A stretch of 64,000 nt of DNA from Octopus bimaculoides (Eukaryota): positions 152,895,068 through 152,959,067 of the forward strand of contig NC_068981.1 of the NCBI RefSeq assembly GCF_001194135.2, given 5' to 3'. Below are positions 40,601-49,339 of this stretch, piece by piece. Position numbers and translations under genes: made by a program. Positions within the stretch are counted from its first letter, which is position 1. Every line of letters starts with the position of its first letter. Below the pieces are notes generated by a model, which was given only the letters and a program-made list of their open reading frames with translations, was not told the DNA's origin and made no database searches.

Positions 40601-42677
40601 TATCAACTCCACAAGGCTTTGGTCAACCTAGGGCTATAGTTGGAGGCATTTGCCCAATGTGCCAAACATTGTGGGACTGAACTTAAGATCACATGGTTGG
40701 GAAGCAAGCTTCTTGGTCACACAGCCATGCTTGTATTTGTGCTAAATTTAAACTTGGTCACCAATCATGCTGCTGTTGGATCTTGAGGTTTAAAATGTGC
40801 AATATCTAACTTGCATGCTTCTCTGCTGTTGAATCAGCTTTAGGTTTTTTTTAATGTGTTGAAGCCATATATCAAATAAGAGTAACCTGCAGCATAACAG
40901 AAGTGATGTAGGGAGTGCCAGTCTCAGGGAATAATCATCATTCCCAACTCATGGATCATGGACATTTTTTTATCCTTACTTCATAAACTTGTCTTCTTAC
41001 TGAGTGTCATTTCATTGAGATAAATCACTTTGTGGTTTTTGTCTATTTTCAGGAGTCACAGCATGCAAGAGAATTAGAAGATGTTATATCAGAAGCTGAG
41101 ATGAAAAAATTTGAAAGAGAGCTAGAGAAACGCTTGTATGAACAAGTAAGTATATTCCATACAACTAGTTTAATGAAATCAAATATAGTGAACCAGTAAT
41201 CGTTTCATCGGAATCTGATTCAATTATCACTATTGCTCATACATGACATTAAAAAAGATCTAAGACAAAAATGGGAAACTGTCTCACTGACAGGATCTGA
41301 ACCACAGATCACTTGCCAAATGACTGTGTACCAGCCAATCCCTTCTATCTTAAATTAATTACTTACATTCATTTTTCTCTGCTGTTTTATTTAATAGTTT
41401 GCTGTATTTTTTCCAACTGTGATATTTTTATCTCTACAAGATAATTTAGTCAGATAATTAGCATAACAGGACAGGTTAAATTTTATATATAAATATTATA
41501 TTTTATATATATACTAATACATAAGGTGTGCCCAGCTCATCAATTGAATATTTGCAAGAAATAATCTCATAGCATATTATACTAACTGTCAATACATTTT
41601 TCTTCAAAATGTCACCATGGCCATCAACAACATTTTATTCTTGATTTCCATGGTGTTAGACAAATTTAAAATGTTTAGAACTATCTTAATTTTATTAAAA
41701 ATCTCAATTTGTTCACCACCATCCCATCTTATTATCTTTTAATGTTTCCCCTACTTATCAATCTCAATTTAATCATCCACTGAAACAGCAACATCTACAT
41801 TACCATCATCATCATCATTATCATCATCATCCCATCCACCTAAGTAATATTCTATATTTATAAACACTATTATCTTGTGTACATTATAAGAATTTTTTAC
41901 TTTTTGCAAACTTAATGAAATATGAAACAAATAAGTTTAATAGTGGAACTCAAAAGTAAATAATTCTATAAGCAACATCATTCGGAATACTGGATTAAAG
42001 AACCCCTTGGGTAGCATCATCATCATCATCTTCATCGTTTTATCTGCTTTCCATGCTGGTATGGGTTGGATGATTTGACAGAAACTGGCCAGGCAGGAGA
42101 CCACACCAGACTTCTTTGTCTGTTTCGACATGGTTTTTACAGCTGGATGCCCTTCCTATCACTAACCACCCAGCAGAGGGGACTGAGTGCTTTTTACATG
42201 GCACCAGCATAGGCGAGGTCAACCTTCACCTTTTTTTTTTTATCAAAGGGTCTTTTTTTCCCACAATTCTACATTCTATTATTTATAGCCTTAACTTAAA
42301 GGCAGTAAACTTGCAGAATCNNNNNNNNNNNNNNNNNNNNNNNNNNNNNNNNNNNNNNNNNNNNNNNNNNNNNNNNNNNNNNNNNNNNNNNNNNNNNNNN
42401 NNNNNNNNNNNNNNNNNNNNNNNNNNNNNNNNNNNNNNNNNNNNNNNNNNNNNNNNNNNNNNNNNNNNNNNNNNNNNNNNNNNNNNNNNNNNNNNNNNNN
42501 NNNNNNNNNNNNNNNNNNNNNNNNNNNNNNNNNNNNNNNNNNNNNNNNNNNNNNNNNNNNNNNNNNNNNNNNNNNNNNNNNNNNNNNNNNNNNNNNNNNN
42601 NNNNNNNNNNNNNNNNNNNNNNNNNNNNNNNNNNNNNNNNNNNNNNNNNNNNNNNNNNNNNNNNNNNNNNNNNNNNN

Positions 42678-42733
<56 letters not shown>

Positions 42734-43440
42734 TATATGTATATATTTATATGTGTCTGTGTTTGTCCCCCTGCCATTACTTGACAACTGATGCTGGTGT
42801 GTTTATATCCCCATAACTTAGCGATTCGGCAAAAGAGTCTGATAGAATAAGTACTGAGCTTACAAGGAATTTCTTCAACTAAAACCCTTTAAGGCAGTAG
42901 CCCAGCATAGCTGCAGGCAAACGACTGAAACAAGTAAAAGAATAAAAAAGAAAAGGAAATGTGAACAATATAGAAGTCTCACTGGTAAGAACAAAGCTTC
43001 TAAACATGGATGGAGATGGTAGCTCATTTGTAATGACCTCAGATATGGGTTCATGTCCCACAAGTAGCCTTTGACATTTTTTCCTATCTGAGAGGGTTTT
43101 CAACCCAATATTCGACATGCTATTATTTATTGCTTTATCTGCTCTGAGATCCACCATTAAAATGTTTGTATAATATTTTTCTGATAATATTTTTTAGGAG
43201 ACACTGCGAGAATATATTCAGACTTCTAATGCACTCAAGTCTGATGAAGAAATCTCTAAGAAACATGCTGAACTTGAGTCAAGAATTATGGAGTGTATGA
43301 TTGAGTTATTAGGAGATAAAAGACACCAGGTAATAAGGATTTCTAATATAGGCATTAAGCCACATGTTTGGGTGGGAGAAGCATAAAGTTGATTAAAAAT
43401 TGCTCCCAGTGGGTAGTATTATATACATACATACATACAT

Positions 43441-43471
<31 letters not shown>

Positions 43472-46400
43472 TACACATACGCATACACACATACCATACT
43501 TAAACATCTAATGCAATTATTGTTACAATTAATGTGGTCACAGTACGACTAAGTAGGTAACAAATGTTGTTTTTTTTTGTCTTGCAAGTACTTGGTGACC
43601 CTGTCAGTGCAGGTGCCACTTAAAAGCACCCAGTCCACACTGTAAAGCGGTTGGTGTTCGAAAGGGCATCCAGCTGTAAAAGCCTTGCCTAAACTGACCT
43701 CGTCTGTGCTTGTGCCATGTAAAAAGCACATAAAAGGTCTACTCTGCTGAGAGGAGATAGGTGGTTAAAGTTGGTAAAAGAGAGAGATGTTGAAAATGAT
43801 GTGTCTTGGTATATCTTCAAGTTAAAGGTAGATGAATATGAGTGAAATGGTTCTGAGGATTGGATAGGGTGAATGGATAGGTAAGTTTGTGAGAGTGGGA
43901 AATGGAAGGGAAGAAGGCAGTGTAGTGAGTGAACACAGGTGGAGGACAGGGTGTAGATATAATTAAAACTATGACTTTAATACATGGTCTCTACACATTG
44001 GCTTTTGGGTGTAATTTTCATTTTTGTCCATGAAATAATGTACAGAGTCAAATTAAGTTGCAATACTATATTCAAAAAACATTTATTTATAAACCAAATA
44101 TTGTTATTATTTTTTCCTCATATTTTAGGAGATTGTATCTGAGAAAGTACGTAAGGATATTCTTCGTAATTCTTCTAAACTTATCCCAGCAGATATTGAG
44201 AAATGTGATATTGAAACAGAAAAAGAAAATCAGCCAGGTAATTTTATTCAAGTAAAATGACCTACTAGCTTGTTATGAATGAATGTTTGATTATCCTTTT
44301 TAAATTTTTTAAGTTAAAGAATTAAAATATTAAATGATTGATTAAATGTTCCAATCACAACACTATCTAAATGTTTTTAATCAAGACATCAAGGCTTCTG
44401 CATGGTCACCTGATTTGCTAGAAACAGTAGCCAAATATCTCATATTACAACCTAAATGAAGGGAAGGATGCATTGGACAATGTAATTTTAGATAACTATA
44501 TTCCATAAAAAAATTAATAAAAGGTAAAAAACACAGGCTGGTGACATATATTTGCTCAATCAGGATTGACTTTTGTGCTCAACCAATTCCTATAAATTTC
44601 TGAAGCTCACTACATTTAGCTGGCATTAATTAAAAATCTGTAATGACCCAGAACAAATACCACAAGGCATCTTGTCTAACACTCTGATGTTTCTCTTATC
44701 CATGTGATTGCCTTAATCTATCACCTAATTAAACACAAACACTTGGTCATTAAGGTGCCATTAGCAGAGTTCAATGCTGTTGCAATTATTCCAGCCTTGC
44801 CTCTAGTATGAAGATAACTTCACTTCCATCCTCCCACTCATCTCAGAGGCCCTAAAAAGTGGATGTCATGGCTGCTCTTGTCCCTCCAATTTAAAACAAC
44901 AAAGAAAAAAGCATGTTTGATCTGTGATCTTTCCTTAAACATTTTCCATACAACTAATCCATCTAACTTCACAATTTGAACAATTGAATTGTTGTTTGCT
45001 ATTATTTTCTCTGCAGATAATACCTATGACATAGACAAGGACAAAGGTCTTGATGAATCATTGGATATAACTCCAAACTGTAAGCATAATAATCATTTCT
45101 TATTAACTTATAAATCTCAGTTAATGTTCAGAAAAATTTTAATAGTCTTGGTCCCAAGCCCATGCTGGATTATCAATTTTGCCAAATTAAAAATGGTCAT
45201 GCAATAGTAATTCAGAGTAAATTCTCAGAAGATGACTAGTAACTGTAGTTAAAAACTGTGTGTACGCTCGGCAAGTGTGTGCGTGCGTGCGTGCGTGCAT
45301 GTGTGTTTGTGTCTGTTTATGGAAATGCATGTGGCGAGTTGCTTCCCTTTATCTAGCAACCATAACTTTGCACAAAGTAACAGACTGTTAACAACGTAAA
45401 TATCGCTGAGGCCTCTGAAGACTGCACCTCGGCTTAGCCACAGCCCAATGATGAAATCAGTAAAAGAATGTATTGAGTTTTCTTTCTAATTAGACAAAAG
45501 AGAAAGAAAAGTAACTAATCATCCCAATATTTGTATGCTCATTGCTATTAAACATTTGTTGTTTTGAAACTAAACAAAAGGTTGCATTTATGTCAAATAA
45601 CTAAATAAATAAATAAAAAAACCCTCGAAGTCATTTGCTGTTGGTTGATGGTACCTGTAAAAGAAGTGGTTAGGTTACCTCTTTGGATAATGCCTAGTCA
45701 GTGATATACTGCAAGCCATTGTCTCTTCAACTCTATTGATTCTTTCAGTGCACTACCTTTTTGTATTTCCTTTTAGTATGCTTTTGGCATTTAATTCACC
45801 CCATTCTCATCTGTATAATAAGGAATAGATAAACGCACAGTGTTTCACTATTAATTCAAACTCATCATGATGGTAGTGAAACCTCTCAGATTATAAAATA
45901 TATATTAGCGACAGAGGCAGTGTTAATACTCAGAGGTAATGTTTATCCCCACTTATATATATATTCTAGCAGAACATCCACATTTAAGTGAGGTTAAATA
46001 TTCTTTTCTACTCTAGTCACAGAATACTCTAGAAATTTTGGGGGAGATGGCCAATTGATTAGACCAACCCCAGTATGCAACTGGTACTTAATTTATTAAC
46101 CCTGAAAAGATGAAAGGCAAAGTCGACCTCAGCGGAATTTGAACTCAGAACGTAAAGACAAACGTAATACGCTAAGCATTTCGCTCGGTGTGCTAACATT
46201 TCTTTCCAGCTCACCACCTTAGCAAGGATAACTATTACCTCTCAGATTGCATAAGTTAAAAGCTGGAATCCAATGAGAGTTGTGGTGGTTTGCAGCAGTA
46301 AAAATTGCATTTAAATGGTTAAACTTGCTCTGAATTCAATAAATTTTAACATGCCATAGGCACAAATGTGACTATGTGGTTAACAAGGTTGCTTCTCTAC

Positions 46401-46975
46401 CTCATGGTTCAGGGTTCAGTCCCACAGCATGGCACCTTGGCAAGTATCTTCTATTCTTCTATGTATAGCCTTGGATTTAATACCTTAGATTTGGTAAACG
46501 AGAACTGAATGAAGTCCATCATGTGTGTGTATCCTTGATTTGACATTGTATGACAATAATAAAATGATTGTCATTGTCATACAAGCAGTGTCATTCATTT
46601 CCATTATTCTGCAAGAACATGTCTAGCCATGGGAAATATCACCTTACCTGGAAACAAGTGAGGGTTGGTGACAGGAAGGGCATCCAGCCTAGGAATTCTG
46701 CCTCAATAAACTCTGACTCATGCAAGCATGGAAAAGTGGACGTTAAAATGATAATGATAACAATGATGATGATAGTGATGATACATTGTTTATGAAATTT
46801 TATAAATTATTTGATTTGTATATCGTGGTAATTTTGGTTTATGTTGAATGTACTTTCAGTTTGCTTCAGCAAAGAAAGACACCGAATACAGACTGAAACA
46901 AAGTTTATGAATGAAATTCGTCAGCTGCGACAACGTTTGGCCAGAGAGAGTTACCAACAGAAACCACCATCATAA
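1158..46975 (+). CDS. TBC1D31: TBC1 domain family member 31 (WDR67): WD40 repeats + TBC domain + C-terminal coiled coil; 22 coding exons, 952 aa
   Basis: Exons assembled by hand with GT-AG sites and matching phases; lengths sum to 2859 nt. Translation matches recalled human TBC1D31 throughout ([16 protein letters not shown], GEYPx[49 protein letters not shown]). Confidence 0.95.
3978..4038 (-). ncRNA. minimal type I hammerhead ribozyme motif (U3 variant, GUC site)
   Basis: GAUCACA-UUGAAGA-GUUG..CAAU-GAAA-CCGG-UC-UGUGAUU; 7-bp stem I, 4-bp stem II, palindromic ACCGGU stem III. Confidence 0.65.
4245..4333 (-). ncRNA. hammerhead ribozyme motif (GUA site, weakened stem II)
   Basis: GUGCAG-CUGAAGA-UUGC..GCAU-GAAA-CGAUUG-UA-CUGCAU. 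Confidence 0.5.
5677..6795 (+). mobile_element. RTE-clade LINE remnant: AP endonuclease region fused by internal deletion to ORF C-terminus and 3' UTR
   Basis: [34 protein letters not shown] motifs; junction near 6611-6617 into [23 protein letters not shown]; frameshifts and stops. Confidence 0.88.
6795..6985. mobile_element. piggyBac-type MITE, left end missing
   Basis: ends AATGCTAAAGGG+TTAA; same family as 36636-36855. Confidence 0.6.
7197..7355 (+). CDS. TBC1D31: TBC1D31 exon 2 (IIIQVCHS...[31 protein letters not shown])
   Basis: ttgcag| acceptor, |gtgaga donor, phase 2-2, WD40 homology. Confidence 0.93.
7815..8660 (-). mobile_element. degenerate CRE-like non-LTR retrotransposon C-terminus (restriction-like endonuclease region)
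   Basis: [59 protein letters not shown]; frame restored after removing the SINE at 8245-8471. Confidence 0.55.
8245..8471 (-). mobile_element. SINE family B (GGCGGTGAGCTGGCAGA head) with 14-bp TSD
   Basis: TSD ACCTTTTAATATCA at 8231-8244 and 8472-8485. Confidence 0.85.
10880..11130 (-). mobile_element. highly degenerate RTE LINE 3' fragment
   Basis: ERRLH..EDDSC-like remnants on the minus strand. Confidence 0.45.
11215..11427. repeat. 213-bp palindrome (106-bp arms, 1-nt centre), MITE/foldback-like
   Basis: Arms align without indels, 88/106 identical, with a 30-bp perfect core. Confidence 0.9.
12606..12872. repeat. compound (TA)n/(TG)n microsatellite
   Basis: Direct reading; source of many spurious YI/CV-rich ORFs. 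Confidence 0.95.
12927..12964 (+). ncRNA. degenerate minimal hammerhead motif
   Basis: UCUUU-CUGUGUA-A-GAGU GUAG CCUC-GAAA-CA-UU-AAAGA; stem I intact, core decayed. Confidence 0.35.
13095..13362. other. assembly gap (others: 17997-18171, 30196-30275, 42321-42677, 54584-55222, 56605-57192)
   Basis: Runs of N, adjacent to microsatellites or young repeats. Confidence 1.
13510..13598 (-). ncRNA. type I hammerhead ribozyme motif (canonical core, GUC site)
   Basis: AUUUCC-CUGAAGA-[58-nt stem II arm]-GAAA-CAUGUG-UC-GGAAGU. Confidence 0.6.
13924..14193 (+). mobile_element. SINE family B with (ATT)n tail
   Basis: GAGCTGGCAGAA head, GAGTTCAAATTCC B-box, (ATT)n 14134-14193. Other minus-strand copies at about 20440-20600, 20640-20835, 23640-23855, 46000-46220. 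Confidence 0.8.
14480..14595 (+). CDS. TBC1D31: TBC1D31 exon 3 ([38 protein letters not shown])
   Basis: atcag| ... |gtaaag, phase 2-1, KSEFL motif. Confidence 0.93.
16944..17122 (+). CDS. TBC1D31: TBC1D31 exon 4 ([12 protein letters not shown]...[11 protein letters not shown]...)
   Basis: tttag| ... |gtagat, phase 1-0. Confidence 0.93.
17290..17690 (+). mobile_element. RTE 3'-UTR-derived repeat with ~60-bp tandem subunits and (GAT)n tail
   Basis: AAAAGCACC units, GGCGTTAGGAAGGGCATCCAGC core. Other copies at about 16480, 19800, 39860, 48040, 63300 (+) and 22130, 32130, 42020, 43570 (-). Confidence 0.8.
17711..18395 (+). mobile_element. 5'-truncated young RTE LINE (ORF C-terminus + 3' UTR + (GAT)n), spans a gap
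   Basis: [38 protein letters not shown]; tail nearly identical to 55241-55462. Confidence 0.92.
18488..18606 (-). ncRNA. type I hammerhead ribozyme motif (one stem III substitution)
   Basis: UUUCACU-CUGAUGA-AGCUCCAUGU..ACAUUGGCAGCU-GAAA-CGGCCA-UA-AGAAA. Confidence 0.5.
19089..19500 (+). mobile_element. Penelope-like retroelement fragment (RT thumb/linker up to the Cys motif)
   Basis: [57 protein letters not shown] resembles PLE RxRxIIWFNPPY..TNIGK..KHF..KISYSCM..CNCR. Confidence 0.8.
20055..20203 (+). CDS. TBC1D31: TBC1D31 exon 5 ([23 protein letters not shown]...)
   Basis: ttcag| ... |gtaaga, phase 0-2. Confidence 0.95.
20971..21130 (+). CDS. TBC1D31: TBC1D31 exon 6 ([13 protein letters not shown]...[11 protein letters not shown])
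   Basis: ctccag| ... |gtaaga, phase 2-0. Confidence 0.93.
21823..22023 (+). CDS. TBC1D31: TBC1D31 exon 7 ([13 protein letters not shown]...LTSELNK)
   Basis: ttcag| ... |gtatgc, phase 0-0. Confidence 0.95.
22297..22678. repeat. minisatellite, about 14-15 units of ~26 bp (GGCACCAGCAnnAGTGCTTTTTACCT)
   Basis: Head-to-tail units with no unique spacers, inside a minus-strand RTE-tail repeat. Confidence 0.9.
23894..24292 (+). mobile_element. SINE family A (tRNA-like head), full length
   Basis: A-box TGGCTGTGT(T)G, B-box GGTTCAGTCCC, internal (TG)n, TAAAAGA tail. Other copies at 5523, 20250, 34880, 46365, 62130 (+) and 3400, 27610, 33341, 40578, 56221 (-). Confidence 0.85.
24447..24551 (+). CDS. 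TBC1D31: TBC1D31 exon 8 ([11 protein letters not shown]...SSE)
   Basis: ttctag| ... |gtgagt, phase 0-0; PPPP-VK matches human KPPPPLVK. Confidence 0.9.
25030..25900 (-). mobile_element. degenerate RTE LINE RT fragment
   Basis: [22 protein letters not shown] matches the same region of the RTE at 54400-54580. Confidence 0.7.
26090..26172 (+). CDS. TBC1D31: TBC1D31 exon 9 ([28 protein letters not shown])
   Basis: ctacag| ... |gttaga, phase 0-2. Confidence 0.93.
26798..26944 (+). CDS. TBC1D31: TBC1D31 exon 10 ([17 protein letters not shown]...RLLQR)
   Basis: atacag| ... |gtaata, phase 2-2; start of TBC domain. Confidence 0.95.
27720..28040 (+). mobile_element. SINE family C (tRNA-like head)
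   Basis: TAGCCTAGTGG A-box, GAGTTTGATTCC B-box; further copies 34233-34440 (+) and 32495-32808 (-). Confidence 0.7.
28190..28323 (+). CDS. TBC1D31: TBC1D31 exon 11 ([25 protein letters not shown]...)
   Basis: tgtag| ... |gtaagt, phase 2-1. Confidence 0.95.
29234..29367 (+). CDS. TBC1D31: TBC1D31 exon 12 ([25 protein letters not shown]...TSQ)
   Basis: ttcaag| ... |gtatat, phase 1-0. Confidence 0.95.
29865..30417. mobile_element. Tc1/mariner-type MITE with 25-bp TIRs and TA TSD, interrupted by a SINE
   Basis: TA|CAGCCGTAGCCAAAAGTTTGGAACA ... TGTTCCAAACTTTTGGCCACAAGTG|TA. Confidence 0.8.
30009..30391 (+). mobile_element. SINE family A, young copy nested in the Tc1 MITE
   Basis: CpG-retaining head GACGCAGGAGTGGCTGTGTGG; internal gap. 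Confidence 0.85.
30786..31170 (-). mobile_element. SINE family A, full length, inverted relative to 30009-30391
   Basis: Reverse complement of the family A head, (CA)n and body. Confidence 0.8.
33547..33830 (-). mobile_element. LINE RT C-terminal fragment (second RTE-like family)
   Basis: [44 protein letters not shown] (frame not shown in the ORF track). Confidence 0.7.
33979..34158 (+). CDS. TBC1D31: TBC1D31 exon 13 ([32 protein letters not shown]...DDFK)
   Basis: ccatag| ... |gtaaat, phase 0-0. Confidence 0.95.
34565..34744 (+). CDS. TBC1D31: TBC1D31 exon 14 (FFFSQQN...[20 protein letters not shown])
   Basis: ttttag| ... |gtgagt, phase 0-0. Confidence 0.95.
35306..35522 (-). mobile_element. 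SINE family B with 13-bp TSD
   Basis: TSD GCTGATCTAATAT at 35293-35305 and 35523-35535. Confidence 0.88.
36137..36446. mobile_element. hAT (Charlie-like) MITE
   Basis: TIRs TAGTGGTTCCCAAAGT / AGTTTGAGGACCACTA; 8-bp TSD GTATAGCC / GTCTAGCC. Confidence 0.8.
36636..36855. mobile_element. piggyBac-type MITE
   Basis: TTAA|CCCTTTAGCATT ... AATGCTAAATGG|TTGA. Confidence 0.7.
37070..37122 (+). CDS. TBC1D31: TBC1D31 exon 15 ([18 protein letters not shown])
   Basis: ttccag| ... |gttaga, phase 0-2. Confidence 0.9.
38511..38663 (+). CDS. TBC1D31: TBC1D31 exon 16 (QLSLELHK...[20 protein letters not shown]...)
   Basis: attcag| ... |gtaagt, phase 2-2; coiled coil. Confidence 0.93.
39458..39593 (+). CDS. 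TBC1D31: TBC1D31 exon 17 ([24 protein letters not shown]...VSSQ)
   Basis: weak acceptor ttataag|, donor |gttggt, phase 2-0; aligns to human RELKVKEMHLQDAARRRFL. Confidence 0.85.
41053..41145 (+). CDS. TBC1D31: TBC1D31 exon 18 ([31 protein letters not shown])
   Basis: tttcag| ... |gtaagt, phase 0-0; KRLYE motif. Confidence 0.88.
43198..43329 (+). CDS. TBC1D31: TBC1D31 exon 19 ([10 protein letters not shown]...GDKRHQ)
   Basis: ttttag| ... |gtaata, phase 0-0, open frame; weak homology. Confidence 0.8.
44129..44237 (+). CDS. TBC1D31: TBC1D31 exon 20 ([14 protein letters not shown]...ENQP)
   Basis: ttttag| ... |gtaatt, phase 0-1; supported by splice sites and frame only. Confidence 0.72.
45017..45079 (+). 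CDS. TBC1D31: TBC1D31 exon 21 ([21 protein letters not shown])
   Basis: ctgcag| ... |gtaagc, phase 1-1; supported by splice sites and frame only. Confidence 0.7.
46860..46975 (+). CDS. TBC1D31: TBC1D31 exon 22, terminal ([38 protein letters not shown])
   Basis: tttcag| acceptor, phase 1, TAA 46973-46975; matches human VRNLRQRL. Confidence 0.88.
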
Positions 46976-47811
46976 CATCAACACGTTACTAAGATATTCT
47001 GACAAGCTTTTCTCTCAGATACTTCTTGAGGAATAATGGGTTTACGAATGCAAGTTTGTGCTTGAGCATCATTGTATATGACAGAACCAACTGCTCATTT
47101 GTGTAGTTTAGGTTGCTGCCATTGTCATTAAGTAGCTTCAAATAAGTCTGCTTGAACAGTGTGGATACTTAGATGTAAATAATAGAGATTGTTTGCTGGA
47201 GAGCTCTGCATCATACATGCTGTCATTAGTGTTACTGAGTTTATATACATACATACTTACATACATATATATATATGTATATTTGTGTGTGTGTTAACAT
47301 TCACACTCACTGCTGGAAATTTATTACCTGTGAAAAGTTTTTTACATACATAAGTTAAAAGCTGGAATTCAATGAGAGCAGTGGTGGTTTGCAGCAGTAA
47401 AAATTGCCTTTATTGGCAATGTTTAAAGTTTCTGAGGTTTGTACACCATTGGCAAAGGAACTCTAGATGTTTGGGACAAAGTCCTTTTTTAAGAAGAGAG
47501 AAAAAGATTATACTTTTTTCTCTTTGTCTGTAGTCCATGCAAGTTTGGACATTGTGTACACAAAGGACAAAACAGCCTTTTCTCTCTTTCCCCAAAGAAC
47601 GTTGTAGGAAACACTGGATATTCTTCACCCCAGTGGCATTTGAACTTCAAGTGTTGCATCCCATCAAAAAGGGCACCAAAGAATAATAGATCGAAGAGGA
47701 GGAGGAGGACAATGGCATAAATATATTTTAATTTTTAACTACATATTTTATCTGTTTTACTTATGAATTGGCTTTGTATATGCTTATATTTATTTATATT
47801 GAGTATTACAT

Positions 47812-47817
47812 AATAAA
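47812..47817 (+). promoter_or_regulatory. candidate polyadenylation signal of TBC1D31
   Basis: AATAAA about 840 nt after the stop, followed by U-rich sequence; not verified. Confidence 0.4.
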
Positions 47818-48739
47818 CACATGAAATAATAATACGTACCTGATTTTTAATTATAAGTTAGGGTTGTAATATATAACTAAATACTTTTTATTTTAGCTCA
47901 TCAAAAATGAATTAAATCTACATCTTCTAACATAGTTTCTTTTTCTAATAAATTTCTTTAAATGATTTTATGATAATATGTTCGTTTCTGTTAAAATTTT
48001 TCTTTAAATTTTCAAGTGTTGACTTGTTTGTATCCAGTGTCCCCTGTCTGAATCTTGTGCCAGTGGCACATAAAAAGCACCATTCGAATGTAGCCGATGC
48101 CAGTACCCACTGATTGGCTCGCATGCCGGTGACACATAAAAAGCACCCACTACACTCTCGGAGTGGTTGACGTTAGGAAGGGCATCCAGCTATAGAAACA
48201 TTGCCAGATCAGATTGGAGCCTGGTGCAGCCACTAGCTCTCCAAACCTCAGTCAAACTACCCAACCCATGCCAGTATGGAAAACAGACGTTAAACAATGA
48301 TGATGATGATGATGATGATGGGGCCTTTTGACCTTGTGCCCTCCCTTCAAGAAATTCCTGGGACTGCACCTGGAAATATGCCCTGTGCATTATATGACAT
48401 GCAGAACAGGCAAAGGGTCAAACAACTAATGGACCCCACTGCCTTCTTGTTATCTGCTGCTCCTTTGTGAGCTCACAACTGCCTGAAGTTGATACTACTA
48501 CTCAAGTTAAGAACCACTGCTACAAATGAACAGAACAAACGAGTGAGCATGCCTTTCTATGTGGAACCTCATCATACAGAACAAGTCTTAAATTGTAGGC
48601 AATGATTTTTAGTAAAGAATGAAAAGTTGGATTAGGGTGTAAATATTTAACCTTTGACAGATCTCACAATTTTCCATAATTTTCTTTGAGATCTCGCAAT
48701 CATAACAACAAAACCTGCTACCAATCACTGGCCTTCCTC

Positions 48740-48950
48740 ATCAACTTTAGAATGTACTTCAGCTCTAATTAGATGTTGACTCTCTACAAAGCTCAAGTAT
48801 GACCAACAATGTAGTACTGTTTTCAGGTTGCTACTCTACACATTTCCTGGATCACTTCAAAAGGAGACAGGTTATTTGACTGCATCTCACTCACTCTCCA
48901 TCACTCTACAACCACTAATCCACAGATATTCTCTGTGTGTTCATTTCCAT
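48740..48950 (+). mobile_element. CR1/L2-like LINE RT C-terminal remnant
   Basis: LYKAQV*PTM*YC resembles LYKAQVRPxMEYC. Confidence 0.5.
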
Positions 48951-49339
48951 TTCACTTCAAGTATATCATTCATACTTTAATAAAAGTAGTAATGTCGCAC
49001 ACTAATTTATTTTGGTATATACGTATGTATCATCAGTAGTTCATATATCTGAAAAAGAAGCACACTCTAAAACAGAACAGTAATATATTTAGAAGGTTGT
49101 TTGTTATGGCCAGTTAGAGAGTGACTATTGGTTTCAGACCTTTAAAATACTTATCTGTATAGGAAGCTTGTCAGACTCAAATGGTCAGAGGCACATGACC
49201 TTTCTACAACTGGAGGGAGAAAAACGTCATGGTCAGTTAGTTTTGTAAACAAAAGATATCCAGAACAATACCCTTCTGGTAAGCTTTCGGGTAGGTGGGG
49301 TTATCCCCCTTACATTGGTTCCAGTCATGTCTAAGGATT

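Noticed and set aside
45410-45475. CTGAAGA..GAAATCAGTA on plus strand
   Set aside because: Coincidental match in a decayed SINE 3' end; no stem II or stem I.
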